A stretch of 60,846 nt of DNA, counting the filler, from Sluysia triapertura (taxonomy: Eukaryota), in NCBI GenBank assembly GCA_046118255.1. It is 4 parts of 4 records of this genome, joined end to end, with 100 filler letters (N's around TTAATTAATTAA, not from the genome) between each part and the next. Parts side by side here need not be neighbours in the genome. Positions count along the whole stretch, not along the records: positions 1 to 14,909 come from JBJNIA010244213.1; positions 15,010 to 31,419 come from JBJNIA010204484.1; 2 more parts are not named here. One strand, 5' to 3'. The position numbers were made by a program, and so were the translations under genes. The notes under the pieces are model-generated. The model searched no databases and was not told the origin of the DNA. It was given only the letters and a program-made list of their open reading frames with translations. The number at the start of each line of letters is the position of its first letter. Positions within the stretch are counted from its first letter, which is position 1. This document shows positions 13,640 through 25,055 of the stretch, piece by piece.

Positions 13640-14250
13640 ATTTGGTGCTTTTGTAGTTTCATTGTCTTTGTTCACATTACAGTAACTATTTAAACTTGGA
13701 ACAGATGGAGCTAAATTATTGTATGACAATTCTAAAATAATTGCTTGTGTTGAGTTCACTGGTACCTTAGTCATTGTATCTCGAACCTCTAATAATATGT
13801 TGGGCGTATATTATATTTATATTTTTGTTTGAAATTATTCGAAAAGCTTATGATTTTAATTTTGTATTAACAGAAACTAAACGAATTGTTTATTGGCATA
13901 TTGAGACGATTTTATTACGAATTTTATGTTTCAAAAATTGTTCAAGTATTATATCGAGATTGATGAGTTTGTTTTGTTAAATATGTTCTGCTACTTGATC
14001 TTCTTGAATGTTAAATTTGATGATTTTGATTTTTCATTTGTATTTTTCTCTTTTGGTAAACCTTTCGCTAATATGACAGATGAATCCATAAATGGATGTT
14101 GTATTAGTATTACAAAATGTACTTACTGTTATTGGTTGAATAAGAAAGAATATATGGCAGAAAGTTAGGAAAAACTGAGTTGTAATTGAGGAAAAGGAGT
14201 TGTGATAGGAAGCTTGGAAGTGTTGCGACTGTTTTATAGAAATTTCATTG
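13640..14250 (-). pseudogene. Decayed intronless ORF of unknown family
   Basis: About 190 codons in one minus frame with few stops (NEISIKQSQHFQASYHNSF...); shares AATGAAATTTCTATAAAACA with the region starting near 36178 (+). Confidence 0.35.
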
Positions 14251-14909
14251 TTAGATTATTATGATTGTATTTAATTTTAAGTTTTGGAGGTTTTATGACT
14301 AAGTATTTATGTATTTGTCTGTTGTGTATTAAATTAAAGTCCTATATGTTGTGTATTAATTCAAATTAAAGTCCAAGTGTATTTGTGTAAATTATATGAA
14401 TATTATAGACTTAAATTAGACTTAAAATAAATCAATATTTGGTATATGGCATATATCTCTTCTGAAAATTAATACATATGAAATTGGAATACATATTAAA
14501 TTAATCAATATTTTATAAACGTAAGATTTTTGATTTTATTAATTTTATTATTTTAATTATTTTAATTTTTAATTATTTATTTACTGTAATTTTTTAAATT
14601 GTCCCATCGTCATAAAAAATATTTTATTATTATCATTTTGACTTTTTGTTTAACTATTATAATATTTACCTTTTGTTTAAATGACCACAAGGTCATTCAA
14701 TTGACTATATAAGCTTAAACAATTTTAACATATTACACAACAACACAACACGTAGTTTTGAATTCTTAATTCACGTTTTACATTTTTCAATCTTCGATTT
14801 ACAATATTTTCGATTTATACTTCTCAGTTGTCAATTCTCAATTTCCAATTCGCACTTTGCAATTCGATCGCTGTTTCCATTATAAATTGTCAAAAAATTT
14901 AAAGCAATT

Positions 14910-15009
14910 NNNNNNNNNNNNNNNNNNNNNNNNNNNNNNNNNNNNNNNNNNNNTTAATTAATTAANNNNNNNNNNNNNNNNNNNNNNNNNNNNNNNNNNN
15001 NNNNNNNNN
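14910..15009. other. Artificial contig-joining spacer
   Basis: 44 N + TTAATTAATTAA (stops in all six frames) + 44 N. Confidence 0.97.
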
Positions 15010-16599
15010 TTACCGGAAATAATCTTTCTAATTTTTGATAAATATTTATTTTAACTGATTAATTTACCGGAAATAATTAAATTTTGCAATTAACTTATAA
15101 ATTTGTACTTTTCAAATTAAACATTTTAATTTAATTAATTTTTATTTAACTTTTATTAGATTATTATCAATTATTTTTCTATTTAAACAAATAATTAATT
15201 ATTATGATCCAAAATTTCTTTAAAAATTTTAATATTTACAATAGCTACTATCTGGAGAACTTTTGAATAAAATAAGTTGTCACAAAAACGATTGTTAAAA
15301 TGTATGAAATAATTCCAAAAATTCCATTGTTCACATACTAGAATTCGCCAAATTGACATTCATTGTTTTAATAAAAATGATTTAATAAAACAAAATTTCC
15401 TGTATGGATTTTAAATATTAAATATTTTTATTAATTTCCTTTTCTAATTATAATAATTCTTTTTTCTAATTAATATTATTAATGAATTTGCATCAAAAAT
15501 ACTCCATTTTTTAAAAAAAATTAATTAATTTTTTTAATAAATATAATATTTATTTTGTTTTATAATAAAATATAACTATAAAATATAAGTCAAATAAAAT
15601 AATATCCAAATAAATTAATAAAGTTATCAAAATTAATATTGTCAACTTCAACATTATTATTATTAAATTATTATCATTATTATTAATTTATAAATAATTA
15701 TAAAATCGCAATTAAAACTTGAAAATAATCACTTTTATAAATAATTATAATCAATTTTTATACTGAATTAAGTTTTACTTAAAGTGACTTTATTTCGACC
15801 ACCAAACTTAATTTTATTTACGAATAATTCAAATTAAACCTTTTTTTCATTTGTTAAGATTGTTGTTTTAATTCATTTAAATGTTAAATAATAACTTTGC
15901 TTAATCTTAAAAGTTTAGTTTGTTAATTAAGATATTATTGTTTAGCCAATTATTCATTGATAATCTATTTATAGATTGCATTATTTAAATCATTAGTGCA
16001 TTCTATTGCTTAGTTTTTCACTTTAATATATTAACTAGATGTATGTTGTTTCATCAGTTCTTTGTGCACTTTATTTCTATGTCTTTTACAAAACTTGGTT
16101 TTTGGAATTTATACTACTTTTTTGCATTTACGACTTCATTAAACCAAGGAATTAATGTTTAGCTTGGATCACCATTTTTAAATTAATTCAAATAATACAT
16201 TCTAAAGTATATTTTTGATATTTTAATTTAAGTTATCTTTTAATTTTTCCAATTTTATTGAAACGGTAAACAATTGATAAAATTAACTAAACTTTGAAAT
16301 ATATTCTTCTTTTTCATACTCAACAATGTCTTTTAAATATTGACTGTATTTTAATATTCACACAGTACATGATGTTCCTTATATTTTGAATAAAAATAAT
16401 TTTATTCTAGTTATTCCATTGAATACAAATAATAAACGAGTAAACATGCACTAATCAGGATACTATTTTCGATATTTAAACTTTGTTTTTTTCTTTGTTT
16501 TATTTATCCTTTTACATTATTTGAATTTTATTTTATTGATATCGTGATATTGTTGGGATTAGGAAACGAGTAAAAGACATGGAATGAAGGAAGAATTGA

Positions 16600-19160
16600 T
16601 GAGAAGTGATAGATGAAACATTGTTCAAATAAGAATCATGAAAGAGAAAACATTTATAATAATCTTAACAGCTAAAGAATATCTTAAGGTTCCAAAGACC
16701 AATATAAGGGTTCGAGACCTTGTGGGAGCTTGAAATGGATTTGAAGAACTTTTGGAGATATTGAGGTACCTTTGAACTTTGAACCTTTGGATCATTTAAG
16801 ACCTTTAGGCATTCTTGGAATATCGATAAGCATTTGAGATCCTTAAGTAACCTTATAAAGTGTATAAAATTTTTAAAATTATTGAGAAATTTGAGAAATA
16901 AAATCTTTGTTCAAAATAATAAAGATAAGTTTAACACAGTAATAATTAACATGAAGAAGTAGAAAAAGGAATCAGAGAGGTGAAGGTGAAAACATCTAGA
17001 GCCTCCTGAATGCCTTATAAACTTAATAAAACCTTTAAACATAAAATAAGATTAAGTCAAGAAATAGATTAATTAATTAAAATCTTAACTTAATTACGAA
17101 AAATTACGTCGTTGTGAATAACTTTTGAATTTATAATGCTATGTTAAATTTGAAACTTTGCATGTATTTGTTTTGAAAAGACCTTTCGATGAAAGTACGG
17201 TGTGATCGACTTCGTAAAAGGAAAGCCTTAATATTGCGCAAAGTCAAATTTTAATTAATTCTTAGTTATGGAATATCTAATTTTTTAAACTTAGAATGAT
17301 GCAAATAAAATAAACTGAATATGAAATGATTGCTATGAGAGAGGATAATCTAGAAGTGCATTTGAAATATTTGTAGAATGGTTCGTTTGAGAATAAGAAG
17401 AGTAAAACATTTTTCATTAGAAAATTGGATGTGAAAAATAGAAAATTAAATAATAAAGTGAAATCAAATTCAATATTTATTTCATTAATACTATTGCTTA
17501 TTGTTATTTTAATGTGAGAAGTAATTTAAGTAAAAATAGATTGAGTTGAGAAAAAATGATGGTTGATAATAAATCAATTTTTTGGGTTTTGTACCTAATG
17601 AAGTTTGACAAACCGTACCATGTAATTGTCAAAGTTGTTATTGTTGGTTTGATTCTCAAAGAGTTTTGGATGATTTGTGTGAGAGAATTTTTGATTGTGA
17701 GACTTGGGATTGATGGGATGATGAAAGAGTATAAAATAAAATTTTTTTAATTTTTACAACACAAATAACAGAGCCACGATTCATGCTGCTCAGTCCCTTG
17801 CTTTAAGTTATTTCATGTAATTTTATGTTAATTTTATTTTTGATTAAAGGGAAGACAGTTTTAATATAAGTTAATATTACTTCTACTTCTTCATGTTAAT
17901 TATTACTATACTAAACTTATTCTTAATACCAATAACAATGATTTTATTTAAATATTTTAAAGATTTTAAACACTTTATAAAATTACTAAAGGATCTCAAA
18001 TGCTTATCGATTTTCTAAGAATACTTAAAGGTTAATAAGGTCTTAAGAAACCCAAAGGTTCACAAGTTCAGAAGAACCTTAATGCTTCAAAGCGTTTTCT
18101 AAGTTCATGTCAAGCATTCATAATGTCTGAAACCCTTAAATAGGTCTTTGAAACTCCAAGATATTCTTCAACTGTTAACACTATTATAAATGTTTTTACT
18201 TTCATGATTCTTATTTCGACAATGTTTATAATGCTTAATCCATCAATTTGTATAAGTCCTTCTTTTATTTTGTTTCGATCACATACCCTAACCCACAGTT
18301 AGACAATCCCAAATTAACAACCTATATTTCGTACTTTTTGCTTTGCATCTAGTGTCTTACAATTAACTTTGCTTCATTTAATTTTGTATTGTCTCTATTT
18401 TTATTATTGAAGATAATAAATTCTGACTTTTCTTCATTCATTTTCAAGCATTTATTTCCAAACCATTTTATCACTTCAGATACTAGTTGTTCTGTTCTTT
18501 GAATAGTATTCTTTATGTTCTTCATTTCAAATTCAATATACATTTGCACGTCATCAGCATATATATGGTGACAATCCCTGGTTAACATAGATAAAAATAA
18601 TAAATTCAACATTAGATTTTAGAATTTATTTGATTTTCAGTTTTTGACACCCAATTTTCTAAGGAAAAAAGTTTAAGGTTCTCATTCTCAAACACTTCAT
18701 TCAAATTCATTTCTAGAATAAAAATTTTCTTTCATAGAAATTATCTCATATTCAATTCTAAACATGGAAAATTCAACATTTTATGATTAATAATTAAGAA
18801 AAATTTGGCCTTAATTAATTTAATTAATTAAAATATTTTCGCATCATCTCGTCCATACCACATCTTCTTCGAAAGATCTTTTAAAAAAACACATACATAG
18901 TTACGTTATTCATAAAAAAGTACTTATTTCTTAATTAATTAATCTATTTTTGGACTTATTTTGTGCTTAAAGTTTTATTAAGTTTTTAAAGTTGTTTAAT
19001 ACTTTAGAAGCTACTCAAATGTTTTTAGGTGTTTTCACATTCACACACTAGTAAATGGTTTTATTTGTCAAATATTTTAAATATTTCAAATAGTTTATAA
19101 GGTTACTCAAAGGTCTCAAATGCTTATCGAGGCTTCAAAGATTCTTAAAGATTAATAAGA
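16600..19160. repeat. Cluster of diverged copies of one long interspersed repeat in opposite orientations
   Basis: 16615-16870 is the reverse complement of about 17965-18225 (ATCGATAAGCATTTGAGATCCTT vs AAGGATCTCAAATGCTTATCGAT); a further inverted copy at about 18620-19160; related sequence near 23050-23200. Confidence 0.75.
18320..18580 (-). mobile_element. CR1/L2-type LINE reverse transcriptase fragment
   Basis: HIYADDVQMY...VIKWFGNKCLKMNEEKSEFIIF...KVRNIG matches the YADD and W..N.L..N..K.E motifs of CR1/L2 RT. Confidence 0.85.
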
Positions 19161-19539
19161 TTCACAAATGGTCGCAACGCCATTCCGTTTAATGCTAACT
19201 AGCAGTACAATGTTGCACTGCAGAGTTTTTATTGTGTGTAGGAAAACTCATCACCTTGATTAACACCAAATTTGTGCCATGTTACTCAAAATTTCCGTCC
19301 GATTGTACACACTATGAACACTCCACATGCTACAATTGTAATTATGAGAAATAGTGTCAGGAAAGTAATACTTTACGTAAACTTACAAATTAGTTGTTTC
19401 CAAAGCAATATATCTAAACCCATATTAAATTATCTAACAATTTTTCTGTCGAGTTTTTAATTGAAAAAAAACTAGCAAACATATCACTAATTATTATTAC
19501 GGTTATATATTCAAGGATATATTCAGTATTACTATAATA

Positions 19540-19630
19540 ATATGTGATTTTGAATTATACATTTTTAATTGGTAACCTATGAAATTCTTTATGAGAATAT
19601 TGCTGCTGATTTAATGTCAAGAGGTACTAT
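19540..19630 (+). mobile_element. Possible LTR-retrotransposon RNase H C-terminal remnant
   Basis: ENIAADLMSR fits the N..AD.LSR motif; short and degraded. Confidence 0.4.
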
Positions 19631-20069
19631 AAGTTTTAGATGTTTACAAAAACTACCTATATAAATAAAACTTTTAAAAGTATTTAAATGCGATCATTTA
19701 TATTATCATTAAACTTGATATTTTTAGTTATAATTAATATTATTTAATATAAAAAACCAACACTCAAGAGCAATATACAAGTTTATATGATAAAAAACTT
19801 GGTAGGATTTTATCTCAAAGCTCTAAATTATTTATAAAGAAAAGTCTATTAATTATAATTTTCTTGTCTTGTAGAGGAGCATTTGTAGTGATGCACCTAA
19901 TAATAAAAATTTAATAATAATAATAATAAATGTTCAATAATAATAATAATAATAATAACTTTTTAATTTATTGATTGGGCATGTTTAATGAATTCTGAAG
20001 TAGACATTGTATTTTATAACTTCTAAAATAAGTAATACGTCAAATCAGAAACTACAAAAGACAGTTTTT

Positions 20070-20290
20070 AATTTAATCTCAACAGTTATTATGTCTTCAT
20101 GTCAACAGAGTGCTCAGTATCATAATTTAACAAACATTTTTGGTGTTTTAAGCATTGATATAGATACTAAAATTCCACCTTTTATTTTTGTTGTTTTTGA
20201 TGATTAACGTTATGCTCAATATGCTTTACGTGATCGTTATGTTTTAGATGTATTTTCTTCACGAGTTGAATTTTCTCAAGATTTTAAACG
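20070..20290 (+). pseudogene. Intronless SRSF1/SRSF9-like RRM pseudogene
   Basis: Reading through the TAA at 20205 gives NIFGVLSIDIDTKIPPFIFVVFDD*RYAQYALRDRYVLDVFSSRVEFS, which aligns with SRSF1 RRM1 (DIDLK..PPFAFVEFEDPRDAEDAV..RDGYDYDGYRLRVEFP). Confidence 0.7.
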
Positions 20291-21926
20291 AAGTACTTCA
20301 CATCTTCATAACTATAAGATCCTAGATTTGATCACGATCTAGACAGCAGACTTAGTAGTAATATTAGTAATAATGAACATTTAATACCAAACAAAATGTT
20401 TGTATCAAATTGTAATATTAGTAAAAGTGACCATTTAATACTAAGCGAAACGTACGTACCAAAATCATCTAGATACAACTCATCCATTGGTATTTATTAC
20501 AATGATTATCGTAATAATGCTCGTATTCATAATTATAATAACATTAATCCTATCAATCAACATATTTATTATTCTATTGGTTATCATTTATTATCAACAC
20601 TCCCAGCTTCATTCGGCTTGTCAGACAATGTTTGTAAACGTCAAAATTTATCAAATTTTATGTGTCATTAGTAAGCACTTTTATTCTCTTGATTTTTATT
20701 CTAAAATTTTTATATCTAAAAGTTGTGTCGTATATAATAAATTAACTAAAACCTATTTTTTATTCGCGAATTGAATTTGATAAAGTAAGTGTCCTTAAGA
20801 CCCATTTTTATATTAAAGATTTTAGTAATTTGTTAATTATATTATTAAAAATTAAACATTTTATTTTTCTAACTGATAAAAAAGATTTTATTAATTATCA
20901 TAGTTTCAAATTCTATAAACAACTTTCAACCCAACCATTTTAACATTTTAAATATAATCTTACACTGAAATTGAATATGTTGAATAAAGATGTCATCTAT
21001 TTAATCTTTTTACAGCAAATACATTTGATCTCTGTTATTGTAAGAGTCATTATAATTGTGACTATTTATGCTAGTCAGTGACCAATAAATGTCGAGTATG
21101 ACTTCTAGATAATTCTAGAATTTTCTTTTTTCAAAATTACATTAAGCTGAAATGTTGCGATGGAAACTTAGCAAGATACACATATTTTAGAGAAACTAAA
21201 TGAGAATAATTGGTTTACAAAATTAATATCTAATGTGGTTAATTAATCCTACTACACAACAATTACTAAAAAATTTCGACTTAATTTAATACAATTATTA
21301 AAAATTTAACAAATTTGATGCAATAATCGAAATACCAATAACACATTTTAACATAAACATATTTCACATATTTCTCACATCATTTCTTTATACACACGCA
21401 CGAATCAACAAACTCTGTCCTATCAATTAAAAATCTCAAATAAAATAAATAATGTTATTGTAATTGTCATGGTATTGTTACTATTATTATCTTCTTACTA
21501 TTTTTCCTTTATTATTATCTAAAATGTTATTATCGTCATTGTTATCAATATTTTTATTGTTGACTTTTGTTATTATTGTTTTTACTGCTTTGTTGTTATT
21601 TTTCTTTGATATCATGATTGATCTTTTAAAAACAAAAGCAAGGTGGAAAAATATCGCAATAATCAAATAATACGAGATCAGTGACTTTAATAATGTCTCG
21701 TCATCTTTATCTAATTTAGATTATCGATTTGTATTACAATCGATATCTATTGACAAACAGTAATTCGCCTGGCAATCTTATAATAAACAACATTATAATC
21801 ACCACCAAAATCACTTTTCATTTCGTCATTTCTTCAGTGTATTATTTGCACATCCTGATGATGTTTCTACAGCATCATACTAATGCAATTTCAATAACAT
21901 TTTCAATGTCTCACAATAATTCCACT

Positions 21927-22148
21927 TCATTTGTATAACTGCATCAGCACACAAATTTCGATACCGATTCCAATATCACAATGATTCTCTATTCTCTTTT
22001 TGTCTTTTGCTTGCATGTATAAAATTAGACTCTGTGTCCAATGAAATGTGAATTGGCACTGGAGTAGCCAATGCACATTTGACTGGATCCAAGTAGATAA
22101 ATGTATGTTTTGATTTTTGTAATCAAACAAAGTCCTAGATTTGGCCAT
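21927..22148 (-). mobile_element. Possible retrotransposon gag N-terminal remnant
   Basis: MAKSRTLFDYKNQNIHLSTWIQ... with decayed continuation; lies downstream (minus strand) of the same long repeat as a similar remnant near 16050-16180 (NGDPS*TLIPWFNEV). Weak motif evidence. Confidence 0.3.
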
Positions 22149-22350
22149 TTTGAATTTATTATTATAAGGTGTAAGTTATATTTTATATGATTTGTATTTT
22201 GTATGATATTGTATCTAGTTTAATAAATGACTTTGTTAAATGTATTTTTATATATAAATGATTTTATTAAAATAATTATTTTTATTATAATGGATTTTCA
22301 GTTTATTAATCAAAATTAAAATTTAATATTTAAAGTCAAAATAGATTTTG

Positions 22351-22450
22351 ATATTTAAAAATGTAAATACCTTATTAATATTTTAAAATTATAAATTTTA
22401 ATATTTAAAAATGAAAATACCTTATTAATATTTTAAAATGTAAATTTTGA
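22351..22450. repeat. 50-bp tandem duplication
   Basis: ATATTTAAAAATG(T/A)AAATACCTTATTAATATTTTAAAAT at 22351 and 22401. Confidence 0.85.
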
Positions 22451-24934
22451 TATTTTAATAATTAATAAATTTTTGATGTTTTAAAATTTTAAATATTGTT
22501 AAGAAAATTTGTTTAAACAGATCAATCAAATAACAAGATGCAGTCTTAAAAATTACTATAAATTAAGAAAAATTCAGAAAGACAAGCACAATAAATTTTT
22601 ATAACAAAATTTTAGGAAATCAAGTTTTAGAAGAATAAATTTTTATAAATTTTTTGGAACATTATTGTGAAGAAATTTTAATCTTTAAGGCTATTCCATT
22701 AACAAGTAATTCTTTATTGAATAAGTTTTAATTTCACCACATAAGGGAAATCTAAAATCATACTTGAACTTTATAAATTTTTATGCTAGACTTAAAAAGG
22801 CTAGTGAGATTTAAAACTTAATTTTGTTTGTTCTTTAAAATGTTCAATTATTTTAAACATTTAATATTTGTTCTTTAACTTTAAATATTTTTTTATGTTA
22901 TTATAACAAAAAATAATATTTAAACATCAAATAAATAATAATCATTTAAAAATTGTCAAAAACTCACAAATACTAATACAACTTTTTAAAACTCAGCAAA
23001 TTCATTATATTTGTTGGATTTTGTTAAAGCTGAAGTAGACATAAGGGTTTTAACTTAAAGTGTATAAATAAAGTATTATTGAGAAATTAAGATAAAACAT
23101 TATGAAGAATTGTGTTAATGGAATAAGTGTATAAAATATTTAAATCAAAATAAAAAAAGAACCCTTTATAAGGCTTTACTAAAAATATAAAAGTTTATTT
23201 ATTAATTAATTCAATTAGTTTAATTTAATAATTTCATGTAAGGTAAAATGACATTAGAATTAGTGCGTGATGATAAATTTTATTAGTATTCTAATGTTGA
23301 AATGTTACGAAGCGCATCAAAGCAGGTAACGTAATTTTAATTATTTTATTTTAATTAGTTTTATAATCTAAAATTAAATTTCCATATGTTGTAATGCTTA
23401 AGTATAATTAAAATCTATATTAAAATGATGCTCGCGAAGATACAAACTCAAACATGTTATTGAAATCAACGTGAAAGGTTCGCATTGTATGAATTGTATA
23501 AAAAGATTTCTATAGAAAAGAAATTCGACATTTGATTAGATTTGTCTATTTTAAGTTGATGAAATATTTTAACAGTAAACATTGCTGTAATAATGATATT
23601 AAATTTTAGATTATGTTAGTAAGATAAGGGAATTGTTCATCACAAATATCATTATCTTTGGATAATTACAGAATATAAAAAAATTGAAGTCGACGGAAAT
23701 TACTGTCGAAATTTAATTATTGAAACTGGTCGGCTTATTAATAATTATATCTAGTAATTATTTCAATTTTCAATCTCCTAAATAATTATCCAAATACTAT
23801 GTAAACAATAGTATTTCTTAGTTAATTTTGAAAACATTAAACATCTGGATAAGTTGGAACCAAATATTTTGACAAGAAAAGCTTCGCTTTCAATATGATG
23901 ACTGCCTCAACACATTTGTGATAAGCATTGTGAATGAGGACTTATCGTTAGCAAGTGACTAAATTTTTGTGAAGTTTCCTTTTACTGTTAATAACCGACC
24001 TTTATTATCCTTGTTATTTAATGGGCATTAACATTTTTAGTGTTTTATCGTCACCCTGGATTATTATGTGTTAAGTACATAAGTCAATGATTTATAATTG
24101 TTGAATTTGTATTTTGAATGAATATTGTTATAAAAGAATAGTTGATAATTTATTGGGATAATTGAAAAATATATTGAGATTTATTGATTTAGTTTATAAG
24201 TTAGTTACTTATAGTTAATATTTTGTAGTTGATAATTAATTGTGATAATTAAAAAATGGCATTAATTTAATTGTTGAGTTACATATGAATACTTTTAAAT
24301 AAAGACAAAAAATAATATATTTTATATTTAATACTAGCGAAAAACAAATAATAATAATATTAAATATTATAAGTGTTGAAAATATTTAAAGTAGAATAAA
24401 GCAGAAGTTTAACGCGAGTCCACCAACGTACTGGGCTTGCCCGTTAGGGCCAGTCGTTGGATTTGTAGATAAAAGTAAAAGGTAAAAAGAATTGCCTCAA
24501 AATGTAGCTTTAGTTGAAAATCTTCTTTATTTGATTTTATTATTATTGAATCCCTTAAAACGTCTGGAGGTGTATAAAAGTATTAAAAATAAAATAATTT
24601 AATAGATATTTTACGTGGATCCTATGAAAAGGATCGTTAATAGATATTTTACGGAGTTAGAATTAAAATCTAATTAGGGAAATCGTTTAATTTAGTAATA
24701 AGAACGAAAACAGTACTGAAAAGGTTTTTTTACAAATAAAAATAATAGTATAATTTACAAAGGAATAATTCTAGGTAATTCATATCTCAATAATATTTTG
24801 TTAAAAGAATTTACGCAGATCTATTATAAGATCCAAATAGTTATTAAATAGTTTAAGTCGATTTTACGGCGACATCTCTAGGATATCTAAACCTATTATA
24901 AATAAACTAACAGATTATCTTTTAAACAATTAAA

Positions 24935-25055
24935 GATGGATCTGGCCAAGAAAAATCGATGTGTTAACTGTTTGGTACATCGAGGAAAGCAACCGTAATT
25001 GTATAAGAATCGTTATATCAAAAATGGTTGTTATAAAAATTATTGTGTTGAATTG
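24935..25055 (+). mobile_element. LTR-retrotransposon gag zinc-knuckle remnant (BEL/Pao-like)
   Basis: MDLAKKNRCVNCLVH...GC resembles the K..RC.NCL knuckle; degraded. Confidence 0.4.

Noticed and set aside
14910-15009. Identical palindromic TTAATTAATTAA in three N runs (also 31420-31519 and 46771-46870)
   Set aside because: Six-frame-stop assembly spacer, not biology; it also invalidates any cross-contig gene-cluster reading (Src + RasGAP + flippase).
20487-21670. Short hydrophobic Ile/Leu/Phe-rich ORFs (20487, 21464; also 54981, 58302 and similar)
   Set aside because: Expected from AT-rich or (ATT)n low-complexity DNA; no motifs or splice support.
24599-24653. CRISPR-like repeat-spacer-repeat
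   Set aside because: Only two 17-bp repeats, eukaryotic context, no cas genes.
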